Numbered from the whole stretch's first letter, positions 24,187 through 37,443 are shown. The stretch: 57,213 nucleotides of DNA, filler included, from Sphacelaria rigidula (GCA_964200075.2; 8 parts of 8 records of this genome joined end to end with filler, not necessarily neighbours in it); one strand, 5' to 3'. The notes: generated by a model from the sequence alone, not told the origin. Translations and numbers: made by a program.

Positions 24187-25192
24187 ACACCGCCTTCTTA
24201 CGATATCACGGGACCAGACGGCGGTGCTTTGGGATCTAAGCCGCTCCCCTTCATCAGACACTCTGGGCGTCAACTCAGCATCACTTCCTCCTTCGGGGTC
24301 GCTACGCCACCACCCGGCATGGGGATTAACCCGCACGGACAGCGTATACGGCGCATACAACGACGACCATATTTATTTTGGCAATAGCAACATTGCCGGC
24401 ACCGCCCGAACGGCGAAATTTCCCCCTGGGATTCGGGGGTACGGGGAAATGCCCCCGGCCTGCATATCCACGGCGTACGGCCTGCCTGACAGCTCTCCAG
24501 GAATGTTTTCTTCGAGCGTGCTCATGACATCTCTGGCTCGTCCTGCATCCCCCCCCTTCGCACCTGCCGCGTCCATCACTGCTCGGCGATACAACGCGCC
24601 GCCGTTGTCCCCTCCATCTTCTTGGCGGCAAAATAGTTATCATTCCGGCAGCGCGCGTCGATACTACGGTTTGCTACGATTCGACGATGCGGGCACATTG
24701 CGGAGTGCGGGAAACTTGGATGGCGCAGGACGACTACCCGGAGGTGCGGGGCTTTCGATCAGTGGCAACAACAGCAAAAGCTACGAACGGACAGTCAACA
24801 GTAGCGATAGTGCAGAGATCACCGAATGCGTTGCAATCGACAATCTGCTGGCAGAGGAAGATGCGGAAAAGATGCCAGTGTTTTTCGCCGCCGCCGGCGA
24901 CAGCCTGGTGGCAGGCGTCGTGCAAACGGGCTACGCCTCCGGACATGATGAGGTGGTCGGAGGCAGCAGTACCAGTAGTGGCAGAGACAGCACTGGCGTA
25001 GATGGCGAAGGGAGAAGTCAAGAGGTGTACCCGAGCGGGTTTGTGGGGCCTTCCGGAAAGACGATTCCAGGGGGCGGTGGACGGCGCTCCACTGGCTCAG
25101 GGGGAGTTGTGATTAGATCTGCCGCCGTGCTGCCGCTCAGGCGACTTGTGCTGCTTGGGTGCAGCGACGGGTGGGTTCGTTTGTCGATATGA
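24187..25192 (+). CDS. WDR81: Terminal exon of a WD40 protein, WDR81/GFS12-like
   Basis: Acceptor ctgtcAG|ACAC at 24187. Starts HRLLTISRDQTAVLWDL (WD repeat) and ends VIRSAAVLPLRRLVLLGCSDGWVRLSI*, resembling the WDR81/GFS12 C-terminus as I recall it (no search run). Confidence 0.75.
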
Positions 25193-26989
25193 CTGTCGTT
25201 TTCTGTGGGAGAGGGTTCCTGTAGTATGTTCCGTACACGGTCTTGTCCGCGACTTGCCTCTGGTTTACGGTGCTGACAGCGTGTATCCGCGGGATTTGTT
25301 CTGCGGAACGTGTAATTGGAGCCACAAGTTCGAGCACAGGGTGGCAACAGACAAGATGTTGCCAGCTTTCATAGTATGGCACTACAGTCGATAAATCTCG
25401 TTAACGATAACTGTTTGTGCGATGTGTATACGCACAGCTCATTTGTCTCGTGTAGATTTCTTGTCGTCGCTGTACACTTACATGAGGGTTCGTATGGATT
25501 TACTACGGTGAATGGAACAGCACGACCACATGTAGAGCGCAAAAAAGGGATACAGACTTGCTGCTCGTACTCGCAACGAAATCGGTCGTCTGCCGTTCGT
25601 CGTGGACGCCAGAGCGAAATATTTTCGTTTGCTTGATTTCTTGTAGTGTAGTACGTGAGCATATTCTGCTTTTTTTTTTTCCCAGCGCAAGATACGAGAG
25701 CTGTGCACATGGTGAGGACATGCTAGTCATGTGTCCGATACACCTTACAGTGAGTAGCGCGTCGCCAACATTTCAGAAAGCGCTAGTAGAGCGACTCGCA
25801 AAACTCAAAATGCTCCTGATGGCAAGAATCGCGTCATTGGATAGACCCCGCCTCGTAAGACACGTTCAACGACGCCGTTTCGTTGCCAGTAGTGCCGTTT
25901 GCTGTCGAGACGGTCACATTTCCCTCGATGACCCCCATGCGGGGTCATCTGAGGTTTTACAGCTGTTTTTCAAGGGAAAGCGATGGCGAAGGGTTGAAAC
26001 ACGCGCCGCATGTTCGCGTTTGATCTCCGATAGTTTCGTCGCAGTGGGTTGTGGCAGTGGGGCTTCTCGATGGCTCGGATGCTTAGTTCAGTATTTCACG
26101 AGTAAGACGTTTTCTTCCGCTTGCTTGTCATGTGTACCAGTTGACCACTTTGCATCGTGTGATTTCTTTTGTGCCATGTTGCTTGTGTTTATGCGCTACA
26201 GACAGGGTTGTATGCAAGCAGTAGCCGAGGGGGTTGTCTTGCGCCGTTTTCTTGTTAAGACGGGAAGTGAAATTTTTGAGGCAAGTGTCCCGGTAGCTCA
26301 TCTGCATGTGTGGTTGTGTTACGTGTGTAACGCAACGTACTGTCGCAGGCATGCTCTTGTACGACTGTTCTGTGGTCGCGCTCGGCATGTGCACCTGCCC
26401 GCGGTTTCAAGTCTTTCCGTTTCGTGTCGAGATGCGCTGGATCATGCGGAGGCGAGTGTGTTCTATCACGATGGATGGTCGAGTAACAGGTTATCTCAAT
26501 CCTGTCCTGGTAGAATGCTCCCGAAGAAACTACAGCACGGTGATTCAACCGCCCCGCACCGTGAACAAAAACTCCGCCCTCGCCGACGTTTCTGATCGAA
26601 CCCTCCGCCCCTTTGGGAAGACCTTTTCTTCAACAGGGAAGTGCCTGCTGAAAAAAATGATAACGTCACAGAAGTGTCATTTCGACATGTTCCGTCTGCT
26701 GGTTTTGCGCGGGCCGCAGGTTTATCGATAAGTCACAGTCGGCTCGGATCACAGCTAAGCATGGTTGAAACAACAAGCACGGTCGCAAGCAGCTCAGATG
26801 GATAGAAACAAAAAAAAACAAATAGTTGTTTTATACGCGAGGAGTACCGTACACACCAAAAATGTAGAACTTGTTTCGCACAAGTGCACAGAACATTCCA
26901 AGATCCATCCACGAGGGAAAGAAGACAACATGTGGCTACGGTTGTACTTGCAGTAGCAAGTGACATAATTTATCCAATCATGAAGTTCC

Positions 26990-27250
26990 TCCCCATGCAA
27001 TTCCAATTTTCAAATTGGTTGTCTCAGGCTTTTCCAGATTTGGCATGGGATTTCTGTGACAGAAAACACTCTCGTTTTTTTCGGAATACTTGAAAAAAAA
27101 CGGGCAGAACTTTTCATAAAACGAGGAGAACTTTTTGAAAAACTGCTCGAACCATGACGCCATTATATGACGTACAGGGTAGTACACTCGAAACAATATA
27201 CTTTTGCAGTGGTGTATGGAGTACAGACTACTACAGCCAACACAAAAGAA
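26990..27250. repeat. Interspersed repeat (inverted copy about 43700-43930)
   Basis: CAAATTGGTTGTCTCAGGCT...GGATTTCTGTGACAGAAAA matches the reverse complement at 43865-43925. Confidence 0.7.
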
Positions 27251-27499
27251 CACAGCAGTTCTGCAGCATCACGAGAAATCACGCGCCGTTCTAATTGCGT
27301 TCCGCACGAGAAGGAGAAGAAGCAACAGCAGCAGTATCAGCAGCATCTTTACCGCCAGTAGATGTACGCGGCTGGGGGTGGGTCTAAATCAGTCGATGCC
27401 GATTCGTGTGTGTGTCAGCGCTGTCCAGCACGGTGGCTATCACTCGCAAGGTGCGTGGGTGTTATCGCACGATCGAAACGCCAACCGTCTACGATCGAG

Positions 27500-27531
<32 letters not shown>

Positions 27532-29015
27532 CGCCACCGGTTGGTTCAGACCCACCCCCAGCCACGTACATTTACTGGCAACAAATATGATGCTGATACT
27601 GCCACGGGTTCGCGAGATCGGACGAATGTGCGGAAATAATAATAATAGTAATAATAACTGCTGCTACTGCTACTGCTGGTGCTGCTACTGCTGGTGCTTC
27701 TCGTGCGGACGGTCCACGGCACTTGACAGCCCCCTGCATACACACAAGATCTAGAGGACCTTTCTGCACTGAAGCCCTGACATGAAGCAGCCGCCAGCTT
27801 TGTCTTTCTCCTGTCAACTCTGCGTCTGTAGTTCAACACTTCAATGGACACTCGCCATGTGCATTCACTGCACTTACGTTGGTGTGTAGCGGCCACAACA
27901 GCTGCTGTTCGTGCTCTTGTCTTGTTATCTTCGCAATAACGGTAAACGTGGGGTGGCAGCTCGGGGGCGTGTGCTTCCCGACTGGTGCAGACAAAGGCAG
28001 GACACTCACTAGTGCAACAAGATTGTCAATCTACCGATGTGGAGCGAGCTTTCCGGAGGAACAAAATTACCTCAACACCGACCACTCCCAGACTTGAATA
28101 AATGTACTATAAATATAGTTCATTTCCTATGACCCAAATCGTCATCTGGAGGTGACGGTTGTATTTTCCGTTGATACTGTATGACTCGTTGGATTACCGG
28201 CCACTTCTGACGCATGTAGCATTCATCTTGCACTTTCCATGAAGATAGAACCGAAGATCTGCAATTCCTACCCATAACTGTACTGTCTACTTTTTGGACA
28301 AGAACTAAACTGTTGTAATGCGTGAGAGGATCGCGTGGTTGGAGGACCGCGTCCACACGTGGACAGATAGCACCCTGTGGAGGGGGTCCACAGGGTTTAC
28401 GTACCCTGCGCAGTGTTTCTGGCGGGAATTTTACTCTCCAGTGTTTCCCAGCGTAGCACAGGACGCTGCACAGGGTTTCCCTACAGTGGTCATGACTAGT
28501 GTGCATCACAGGGTTCAGTCGCCCCGTGAATAGTTCATCGCTGCTGGGAATGCTGTGNNNNNNNNNNNNNNNNNNNNNNNNNNNNNNNNNNNNNNNNNNN
28601 NTTAATTAATTAANNNNNNNNNNNNNNNNNNNNNNNNNNNNNNNNNNNNNNNNNNNNCGGGACGGATCACGCCGGGTTTTCGTCGAACCAGGAAACGGGA
28701 GGGGGGGGGGTGGGGGGGGTGGCACTCATGATCCTGCATCCCTCGGTCATATGATCGTTGACGTCGCATCCCTATGAAGCCGAGACGGACCAGACCGGGT
28801 TTTCGCCGGAACATGTTCGCAAATCGATCACCAACCGTTAAAATGGGGGGGCGGGGGCACGTTAAGACGGCAGTGGCGAAGAAACTTAGAGGAGGTTCGA
28901 CGCGGTGCGGGAATGCTGGTTGAGTCCGCGAATACCCTCGAGTGCCGGGCACGTTACGGGGGAGAGATGGGTTGATCCATCACAACAAGGGGTTTTCGTC
29001 GCGAACAACGGGGGG

Positions 29016-29082
29016 CGTACTCATTTGTTGCTTGCCTTAGTCGTTTGACCATTGACCACGCGTCCCTTTCGAGACGGAGCAA
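29016..29082 (-). mobile_element. 67-bp 5'-truncated LINE family A copy with 14-bp TSD
   Basis: TSD CGAACAACGGGGGG at 29002-29015 and 29083-29096. Confidence 0.9.
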
Positions 29083-29476
29083 CGAACAACGGGGGGGGGG
29101 GGGTTGAAATTGTGACGAGCGCACCTATTATATCTATATCATGGACGGCAACTGCAACGTTGGGGACAATTCTACCCTGAACAACCCCGTAGATCCGTCG
29201 AATGCGGTGTATTTTGGAATGCATGGTACAGAAGGAGCGTTCATGCATGAAAACGAACTCACGAGACGTCTGCCAGTGACATGCGTGACGTGGGACACCA
29301 GCGAACAACTTCGTGGGTGGAGATTTGGGCACCTGGATGATGATATTTACAGCTCTGTATCTTTGAAAGAGCGCGACCAATTACGTGACGGTCTGGTTAC
29401 CGATCATCATTGTGTAGCACCCACCAACATTTTGTTTCCCTAGACTAAATGAATTGGACCTCCCTGCTCACGCCGT

Positions 29477-29510
<34 letters not shown>

Positions 29511-29526
29511 TGTGTGTGGTTTGAAG

Positions 29527-29616
29527 GTATGCGGGGAACACGATCGTCGCTACTGTTGCCCCCGCTGCGGGAAGCTAACTTGCAGCCTGACCTGCTGCTT
29601 GCAACACAAAAAAATG
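29527..29616 (+). CDS. BCD1/ZNHIT6: Box C/D snoRNA protein 1, zf-HIT exon
   Basis: AG|GTATGC...AAAATG|GTACGT, 90 nt, encodes VCGEHDRRYCCPRCGKLTCSLTCCLQHKKM (HIT zinc finger). Confidence 0.88.
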
Positions 29617-31244
29617 GTACGTTTTACGTTTTTCTTTTTTTTTTCATACATTTTTTGTGTTTCGAAGTTGTTGTCGCGGTTAACGCTTACACGACGAGCG
29701 TCGCCTCGGAACAGTTGTACAGGCTGACAGTCCCGAGACATCCGGGGGTTTCCAGAGCTCGGGGAGGTGGTTTTTGAGTGGAAGGGGGGGTGTTTCTTCG
29801 CGGAGGATCGGAGAAGCTCACGGAGTCAACCATGTGTGTTTGGAAGTTTCTCCCGGAAAATGATGAGCCGTGCACGAGGCCCGAGTGGCGCGGCATAACC
29901 ATTCTGACCAATTAGGTCGTCAAAATGGGCACTTTTGTTCCGGTAGAGGTAGATAGACAGCTGGTAGACACATTCGCCGTCTACCCTCAAATCTCATTTT
30001 GATCATGCCAAATCAACCATAGATTATATAACCAAAACGCAGGTATTTGAGCATTTTTCGGTACACTGTCTGTCTGTTCAGTACTGCCTGAGCGTCCTTC
30101 TAGCTCCACAGCTCCATCTCGTATAAAACGTCATGGCGCAACACGCGAGCGGCGGCCACGAGTATCCTACGCACGTAGATGTAGACAAGTAGATCGGCGA
30201 TGAGGCGATCGCTCTCGCCGACCAATTGCTCTACGGTAGTCAGGGGCGTTCGCGGTGGTAGTCGTGGTGCGATATTCAAACGCACGCTGCGTACACTCGG
30301 CACGTTCAACACTGTAAGATCCAGTACGCTGCAGGCCGCGCGTGCAGCCGCGGCACGATACACTACAGACTGCACAGCAAAAACATGAGGCGTAATAATC
30401 AGGTGTTCGACAACCACACCACCGTCTGCGTTATGACTCTCACAACTATGTGCCTCTTATGCACTCCCGGTCCCTTCCGCCGCGGAGTAGGTGTGTTGAG
30501 TTGTGACAAAGGAATGATTCTGAACCCAAAAGGTGGAGTGTCTAGCTCAGTCCACCAGCGGGGGGGTCGCCGTGTAAGGGTTAACAGACAGAACAATACC
30601 CAAGGTGTGCAGTTTATCACCGTCTCACTTTGGTGTCTACGCGTCTCGAAAGGGATGCGTAGTCAATGGTCAAACGACTAAGGCATGCAACAAATGAGTA
30701 CGCCCCCCCCCCAAAACAAAACAAAAAACTGTCATCTACCCGTCGAGAGCATTGTGCAGTGGTTCTCGTACTTGAAACTTCTTTCCTCAAAAACTCGCAC
30801 CCCCTAGAAATGGCGGCAGCCCAGCCAACACCCCTTTCTTGCGAAGGCGCTTGGGGTACGGTACCTTGCCCCAGCGCACGCCGGGCTTTCAGCGTAGTTG
30901 TCATGACAAATTCCTCAGGGTACCTGGAAAATCGAGCGCCGAAAATAATCATATTCCAGGGTACCCCAGGTCCCGACCGAAAGATAACAACAATCCGGGT
31001 GTTTTTCAGAGCACCTAAAACACGTAGTATTTAGCCACACTCTACCCCTACCCCACCCGTAATCCATCCGTAAGCTACTCGTACTCATGCTGTACCGTAC
31101 TCATGAGTCACTCGTATCAAACATTGCCATGTTCCGTTCTCTCTCCGCGTCGTTTTGCGCTGCCTTATCGCCCCGTTTTTACGTGGTGCACGCCTGTTAT
31201 TACCGTGTCGTGTCGACCGCGGGCGGGGGACCAAACGTAAGCAG

Positions 31245-31320
31245 GATGACTGCAACGGGAAACGCGATAAAGTGGGATTCGTCGGCCTCAAAGAGTTCAC
31301 CGACTCGCACGTCAGAAGCG
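31245..31320 (+). CDS. BCD1/ZNHIT6: Box C/D snoRNA protein 1, next exon
   Basis: cAG|GATGAC...AGCG|GTGAGG, encodes DDCNGKRDKVGFVGLKEFTDSHVRS. In phase with the previous exon and matches the CxGxRdk motif that follows zf-HIT in BCD1. Confidence 0.88.
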
Positions 31321-31399
31321 GTGAGGGTTGGGGGGGGGGGGGGGGGGGGGCGAGAACAGATTATTCGACGAGTATGTGCCAGAAGGGGAACTAATCTAC

Positions 31400-31556
31400 C
31401 CTTCTGGAACCGTTGAGCCATTGGTGGAAAAGTGACGATTTGCAACTGACGTTTTCTTGGGCAAGACATGGCTGTTTACTCCCCTGGGACCGTTGAACCG
31501 TTGGTGAGAAAATGACGATTTGCGACTGATGTTTTCTTGGGCAAGACATGGCTGTT
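31400..31556 (+). repeat. Tandem duplication of about 80 bp (2 copies)
   Basis: ACCGTTGA..GTTTTCTTGGGCAAGACATGGCTGTT occurs twice. Confidence 0.85.
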
Positions 31557-31983
31557 GTTTTTCTGCAGAAGTGTTGATGATGCAGCCCAACCCAAAACGG
31601 TGCGTCACTCTGAGTTCAAGTAAACTAATGTGACATATTTTTTGCACCGGACTTGAAGTGACGTTTTTTTCGGTGACGAAAGCTCGCATGTGGGACTTTG
31701 TCCTGTTTTTCTCGAGTGCCAAAAGGGTCAATTATTTAATATTCGTCAAGACATGTTTTTCCGCCGCGCTCTGGTGGTCCAATCATGCAACTGACACCAC
31801 GAGGTCGAAAAAATACCACTCCATGTACAGTATGTTACTTTCGTGAGAAGAAAAAAATGGTGTGCTGGGTACAGTATCGACAATTGAGTATATTCATTGC
31901 ATTAGACAATAGATTCCATACTGTACGCGGTACATTTTTTGGACACTTTCTTCTAGTGTCATCCTCCAGGGTGTGGAATATAC

Positions 31984-32221
31984 CAGGGATATACACGTGC
32001 CACAGCGTTCCACGTTACGTTCACGTTACGTTTTGGCCGAAACGTAACGTGAACGTTAGTATTTTTCACATGATGAAAGTAACGTTGAATTTTCAAATGA
32101 AACGTTGACGTAACGTTAAAAAAAATTGAACGTGACATACGTAACGTAACGTAACATGAACGTTTTTTTTTCATGTGATGAACGTAACGTGAACGTGTAA
32201 CGTGTAACGCGTATATCCCTG
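31984..32221. mobile_element. hAT-like MITE, 238 bp, packed with CGTAAC/GTTACG subterminal motifs
   Basis: TIR CAGGGATATACRCGT. Flanks GAATATAC / GAAACTAC (6/8). Confidence 0.75.
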
Positions 32222-32759
32222 GAAACTACTGGATCGATTCCCGGAAGATGTGTGCTTGGTTTAGTTTTTTGGGGGGGGGGGGAAATACCTGTTTCTTACG
32301 TGACTGCGTGAGCACGCGGATGTCGAAAATAGTTGATGTAACGAGGGTTGACGCGAAGCGCGGGCGTGCCGATCCAACTGTGCGATACCCAAAATGCAAG
32401 GCGTGTGCTGTGGGGGAGAGGTGGATTGGTTCCTCAAGACCACGGACTCATCGCGAGGAAGGGGAGGTGTTGGAGGTGTACCTTTACGTACACGCTTCCT
32501 CTGTCTCGTACGTCTGCTTGGTTATGAGTAGCCGGTCGTTCGGGTTTTAACGGTTTCAGCGACGAAATATCGTCACATCTATTGGAAATATACAACACGG
32601 ACGATGCAGTGCATAAAAAAGGAGGGAGTGGGCTTATTTCCTCTTCCATTCATAATATTGGTAATATATGTAATCATTTTTATCCCTTTTTTTCCTCTGT
32701 GACCACGGGTTCGAGAGATCGAGCTAATGTGACGGATATAATAATACATGATGATGATA

Positions 32760-32787
32760 ATAGTAGTAGTAGTACTACTACTACTAC

Positions 32788-32836
<49 letters not shown>
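32760..32836 (+). repeat. Compound microsatellite (TAG)n(TAC)n(AAT)n, tail of a repeat also seen at 27600-27660
   Basis: Direct reading. Both sites are preceded by CCACGGGTTCGxGAGATCG. Confidence 0.85.
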
Positions 32837-33114
32837 TTAGGCTTTTGTTATTTTTGTAATTTTTTTGTGGGGATTTTTTAACGTCAAGTTCCTCCCGACG
32901 TTCTCCTGCCTCTGGAAGATGGGCGAAATAAGGCCGTTCTAGGATCCACTTATTTTTTTGTGGCCGTTCGGGGGTATCGGGACAAGCGGCAATTGTCGAA
33001 AAAAAAGCGATTGTTGAAAAACGCCAAAAAATGGTACCAAGAACAAAGTAAACTCGGACACCGTTAAGGGCCCATACAGACATAACCATGCAGACGTGTG
33101 AGACAAACGAAGTA

Positions 33115-34292
33115 CGAGCTGAGCCAACGTAAAAACGGGTTGGAGCTCTCACAGCCGTATCTGATCGCCACACACGAATTGGGCCGTGATCCGCATATCT
33201 TGTCAACTGTCCAGTCAATGGGAAGATGCCCACCTGCTCAAAATTCTGGGGCAGTATTTTCTCGTTGATTGAACACCATGTCGAGTAATTCCTATACCGT
33301 ACGGCGATATGGTCTACAATAGAGTGTATATGATAACCCGAACGATATATAGAGCTGGTGATGACATTTGGTGTGAATATTCCCTGGGGCAAGGGGAAAC
33401 GATCCACACCCTCACCTTCACCTAACTCGTTATCTATCTAGAGATATGGCGCACGTAATATATCATACTCTAATCAGTATGTGACGAGCAGAGGTACTAA
33501 ATGCACTATATCTGGATTTCGCGACCCAAATTTCAAGAGTTGTGCTTTGAAATTTGGTATGGAAAACCGCTACGGCATGATGAAAAAATGTCTCGAGCTC
33601 CTGATGATTGTTTTTTTTCATTTTTTTCATTTCTTCGGGGCGTTTGAGTGAAAAATGGATATTATTTTGATCCTTCTTTCAGTTCATGAGCTCAACTTCT
33701 GAATTGTGATTTGAAATCAAGTGTGGGGAATCGCACGGGGATTCTGGGGAAAAAAAAGGGGGGGCGGGACTTTATTTTCAGCGAGTTAATTCCCGCGAAC
33801 AAATGGTCTTATCTACTCTGAGACATCCGCAATTCGTAGAAAAAACAAAAAATACGATCAGCCTGTCCCACTGTTAGGTTCATTATGCTCTAGCGATTTG
33901 CTACAAAGGTTTAAGGCACATAGCCTGGGCCGGTAAAATTGCCTGCAAAACACTGTCACAAATTTCGACCGGTCCGGGTTCGAAATCACCTATCCTCACC
34001 TCAATTTTCATTTTAGTTGGACTTTCAAATGTGGTACGAACAATAAACAGGGCATGGTGAGAAAATGACTTCAGGGCATAAGGACTATTTTTTGTTTTCT
34101 CATGAGTGAAGAGCAATAATCAAGATCCAGTTTCCAGTGAAATGGATGAAGATGAAAGCCTTGTGTCTCGAAGATTTTTTTTTTTTATACGCGCTGTCAG
34201 TTCTTCATACCAAATTTGAAAGTCCAACTCTAAAAATAGAGGTGAAAATATGCCCGCAACCCACTGATCCACTTCTAGGCTGGCCCAGCTCG
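33115..34292. mobile_element. Non-autonomous Tc1/mariner-type element
   Basis: TA|CGAGCTGAGCCA ... TGGCCCAGCTCG|TA. First ~250 bp is similar to 54654 onward. Confidence 0.75.
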
Positions 34293-34876
34293 TATACGCA
34301 TATATGTACGTTCATATTATTTGGTTATTTGGTTATTTAGTTATTTAGTTATTTAGTATTTAGTATTTATTTGTCGCCCTTTGAACACCCCCCCCTCCTC
34401 GGGACAAGTCCGTGGTCTCAAGGGATCAAACCATCTCTTCCAGGTACATATATATTCATATAATATAGGTCATAGTAAATTGCAGTTTGGTACTCGCTTC
34501 GGTGGGGTTCATGAATGACAGCTTCATACCTCTAAACAGTGAGGTCCAAGTAGATGAGCTGCACTTCGTTCCGACCGCTTTTTGTTTTTTGTTTTCACTA
34601 TTGGCAATGGGTGTGTGCTTTCGCGCGTACCTCGTACCCCCCCCCACAGCCATGTTGCAGAGACCGGCCATTTCTTCTTGTTTTTGTTTCCGTCTTTTTT
34701 TATTTCCTTGGTCCATTCCGTCTGTTCCACCTCTCTGTTTCTCTTCACATTCCTTGAACACATGCCTCTGTTTATATATATATATATATATATGTTAAAA
34801 ATCTTGGGCACGTTTACCATGTCACCACGACTGGATCCCTTGAGGATTACTTGATGTGCGACAATACATCAATCAA

Positions 34877-35181
34877 AAGAGCTCGGAAAAAGTACCACTC
34901 ACAACTGGCCATTATCATCATAATGGTGATATTGGTAATAATGGTTATGTGAAAAAATAGATAAATGGTGTAAAACCATTATTTACCGTTACCGGCTACG
35001 TATGCTACATGCAGCCCTCAGAAAATCGCCCAAATTTCACGTATTATTTTTGGCTCTAGTGAAGCCAAATCGCGTAAAAACGTGCCTCCGGCACGGCGCC
35101 TCCGACGGGGCCCCCTCTGTCGGAAGAAACTTTTTGGTTTGCGGCTGCGCCGCTCGATGACCAAACCATTTTCGAGCTCTT
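34877..35181. mobile_element. hAT-type MITE (internally deleted) with 8-bp TSD
   Basis: AAGAGCTCGGAAA ... TTTTCGAGCTCTT. Flanks TCAATCAA / TTAATCAA. Confidence 0.8.
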
Positions 35182-35821
35182 TTAATCAATCACTCCATGG
35201 GCCAATCTCAACTCTCGCCCCCCGTGCCACCATCCCCGGGATACGTTCGTCATCTCGAGATATTATAACAACCCACTTCTCCCCCGGTGCCCGCTTCATA
35301 CCGGTTATGGTTGTCGAGCATGGATCAGCACTCCCCCGCCACGCGAACGCTCGTCGAATTTCTAGGGCCGATACAGTACTTGAGTACTTGTCCGTCACGT
35401 GACGCGCAGTCAGACCTGCACTACTTTTGCCATTGCACTATATGTATATATATATATATATTCGGGCACAGTTTTAACCCCTCCCCTTGCTTGGGGCGAG
35501 TCCGTGGGCTAAAGGAACCCACCCATATCTTCCCCCCCGTTTTGTATGTCGGGGTTCGAATCCACGAATTTCGGCCGTGGGGGTGCCAATTTTTCCATCC
35601 GGGCCCGGATATATGGAGTATAATATGTGTGTATGATACATATGAGTATATGCACATTACTTCCTGTGCGGAGTAATCCCGCGAGTATCCGCCCGCGCCC
35701 CCCCCCCCCCCCTAGTTAGTGNNNNNNNNNNNNNNNNNNNNNNNNNNNNNNNNNNNNNNNNNNNNTTAATTAATTAANNNNNNNNNNNNNNNNNNNNNNN
35801 NNNNNNNNNNNNNNNNNNNNN

Positions 35822-35897
<76 letters not shown>

Positions 35898-35932
35898 CTG
35901 CAACTGCAACTACAACTGCAACTACAACAATA
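35822..35932 (+). repeat. (CAA)n microsatellite at scaffold start
   Basis: Direct reading. Confidence 0.95.
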
Positions 35933-36194
35933 ACGCCTACAACGGCGTCGGGCAGAGTGTCGAACATACGTCGGTTGTCATAACTCGCCACTCTCGTGGA
36001 TTTAAATGAACCGTACACCGGGGAAAATACTGAAATTCCCATGTCCCACCGCGGAGAGTCATGTGTGAAAAACACTGGTGGCAAATATATCCAGAGATGT
36101 GTTGAGTTAAGCAGCACTGTTGATGCAAGCACTTCTGTCTTTTTCCGGGCGTTGATTTACATAAAGATATCTCTGCATTTGTCTGAACGTGTAC

Positions 36195-36299
36195 CTTGAT
36201 GGACTCCTCCGCGGTGCGCTTGTCCTTGGTCACGCGCTGGGTCTTTGTCAACACTCTTACACACTTCATGCCATTGGGGCGTGTGTAGCGAATCTGCAC
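36195..36299 (-). CDS. CPRas1-like vWA/Sec23-Sec24-domain protein, exon D
   Basis: cAG|GTGCAG...ATCAAG|GTACAC, 105 nt, encodes VQIRYTRPNGMKCVRVLTKTQRVTKDKRTAEESIK. Confidence 0.85.
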
Positions 36300-37191
36300 C
36301 TGTTGTGTTCGAAGGATCAACACGTTATGTATAGAAGGTTAGTTTGAGGGATTCGACAATGGTCGGTCTTGGCGTTGTGGCAACGTAATACTTCGGAGTA
36401 CGAGCATACAACAGGCTTTTGCTTCTGCAGCGCCTGGGCACCGAAACGCACAGAAAAGGGGAAACTCACCGAGACAGGGGAGTAGGTGGTAAGAAATTAC
36501 TGACTGACTGCTAGTGACAACATCACTGCACAGTCATCAATAACAGGCGCTTGTACTGTGAGTGCACAACGTGCGCATGCCCTTTGGAAGGAAGGATGGA
36601 GAGTTCAGGTATACCTGGTGCTTTTTCACCACATTCAGGTGTTCTCCTGTAGATCAAGTGGCAGGAGATCTGGCCTGATTGTGGTATGCGTGCATTACAC
36701 ACCTGACTGTGGCGAGAATACGTCCGGGTATCCCTGGATATGATGTTTGTCAAGTTGAAAATGTACGCTTTGGGGATATACAGGCAACCAAACGTGACAA
36801 CAATAGGAATCACAGCCAGAAACCACAGCGAATGAATATATTCAAACCCTCCAGTAAAACTTCCTTCGATTACATGACCCCACATCGCTCTAGTGCGTCA
36901 GCCATTGCTTGTATTGGGTCGTACGCCTTTGTCATTTCGGTCGACGGCTAGGGTGTCACCATTTCCCCACCAACTACCGTGCACCCCAATCTTATTTAGG
37001 CGCGCCACAGGAGGCTCGAGGGACAGGCACTGCGAAATCAAGCACACGGGAGAGGGCGCGCCAAAATCTCCCTGAGAAGTTGGGCAGAGATGATGTACAG
37101 GTTACCTTGCATTACTGTTACTGTAGTTTCAGACGGCGACCGAATGGCGTTACCTAGAATTTTAAGTCTCACGTGGTTCCTCCACACGCAC

Positions 37192-37242
<51 letters not shown>

Positions 37243-37244
<2 letters not shown>

Positions 37245-37443
37245 GGAACGGAAGGTGTGCTGACTTATCCTTTTTCTTTTTGCCGCTGCCGCAGGCGGAC
37301 GCAGCGGAAGCGGCGGTGGTAGCCGGTGGCCCTGACGAATCGACGGAGGAGGAGAGAAAATTCGCTGTGTCGATACCGAGCGCTTCACGTTCTGCTCTGG
37401 AGCGTACTTGATATTCGAAGGACAGCTCCGTATCACGGGTAAC
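37243..37443 (-). CDS. CPRas1-like vWA/Sec23-Sec24-domain protein, exon C
   Basis: tAG|GTTACC...TTCCAG|GTGTGT, 201 nt, encodes VTRDTELSFEYQVR...KKKKDKSAHLPFQ. Confidence 0.85.

Noticed and set aside
25558..26595. 345-aa ORF
   Set aside because: C/R/S-rich composition with no recognisable motif, just downstream of the WDR81-like stop codon. Probably 3' UTR or intergenic.
30100..30417. 105-aa antisense ORF inside the BCD1 intron
   Set aside because: No recognisable domain, and it is adjacent to a dispersed repeat.
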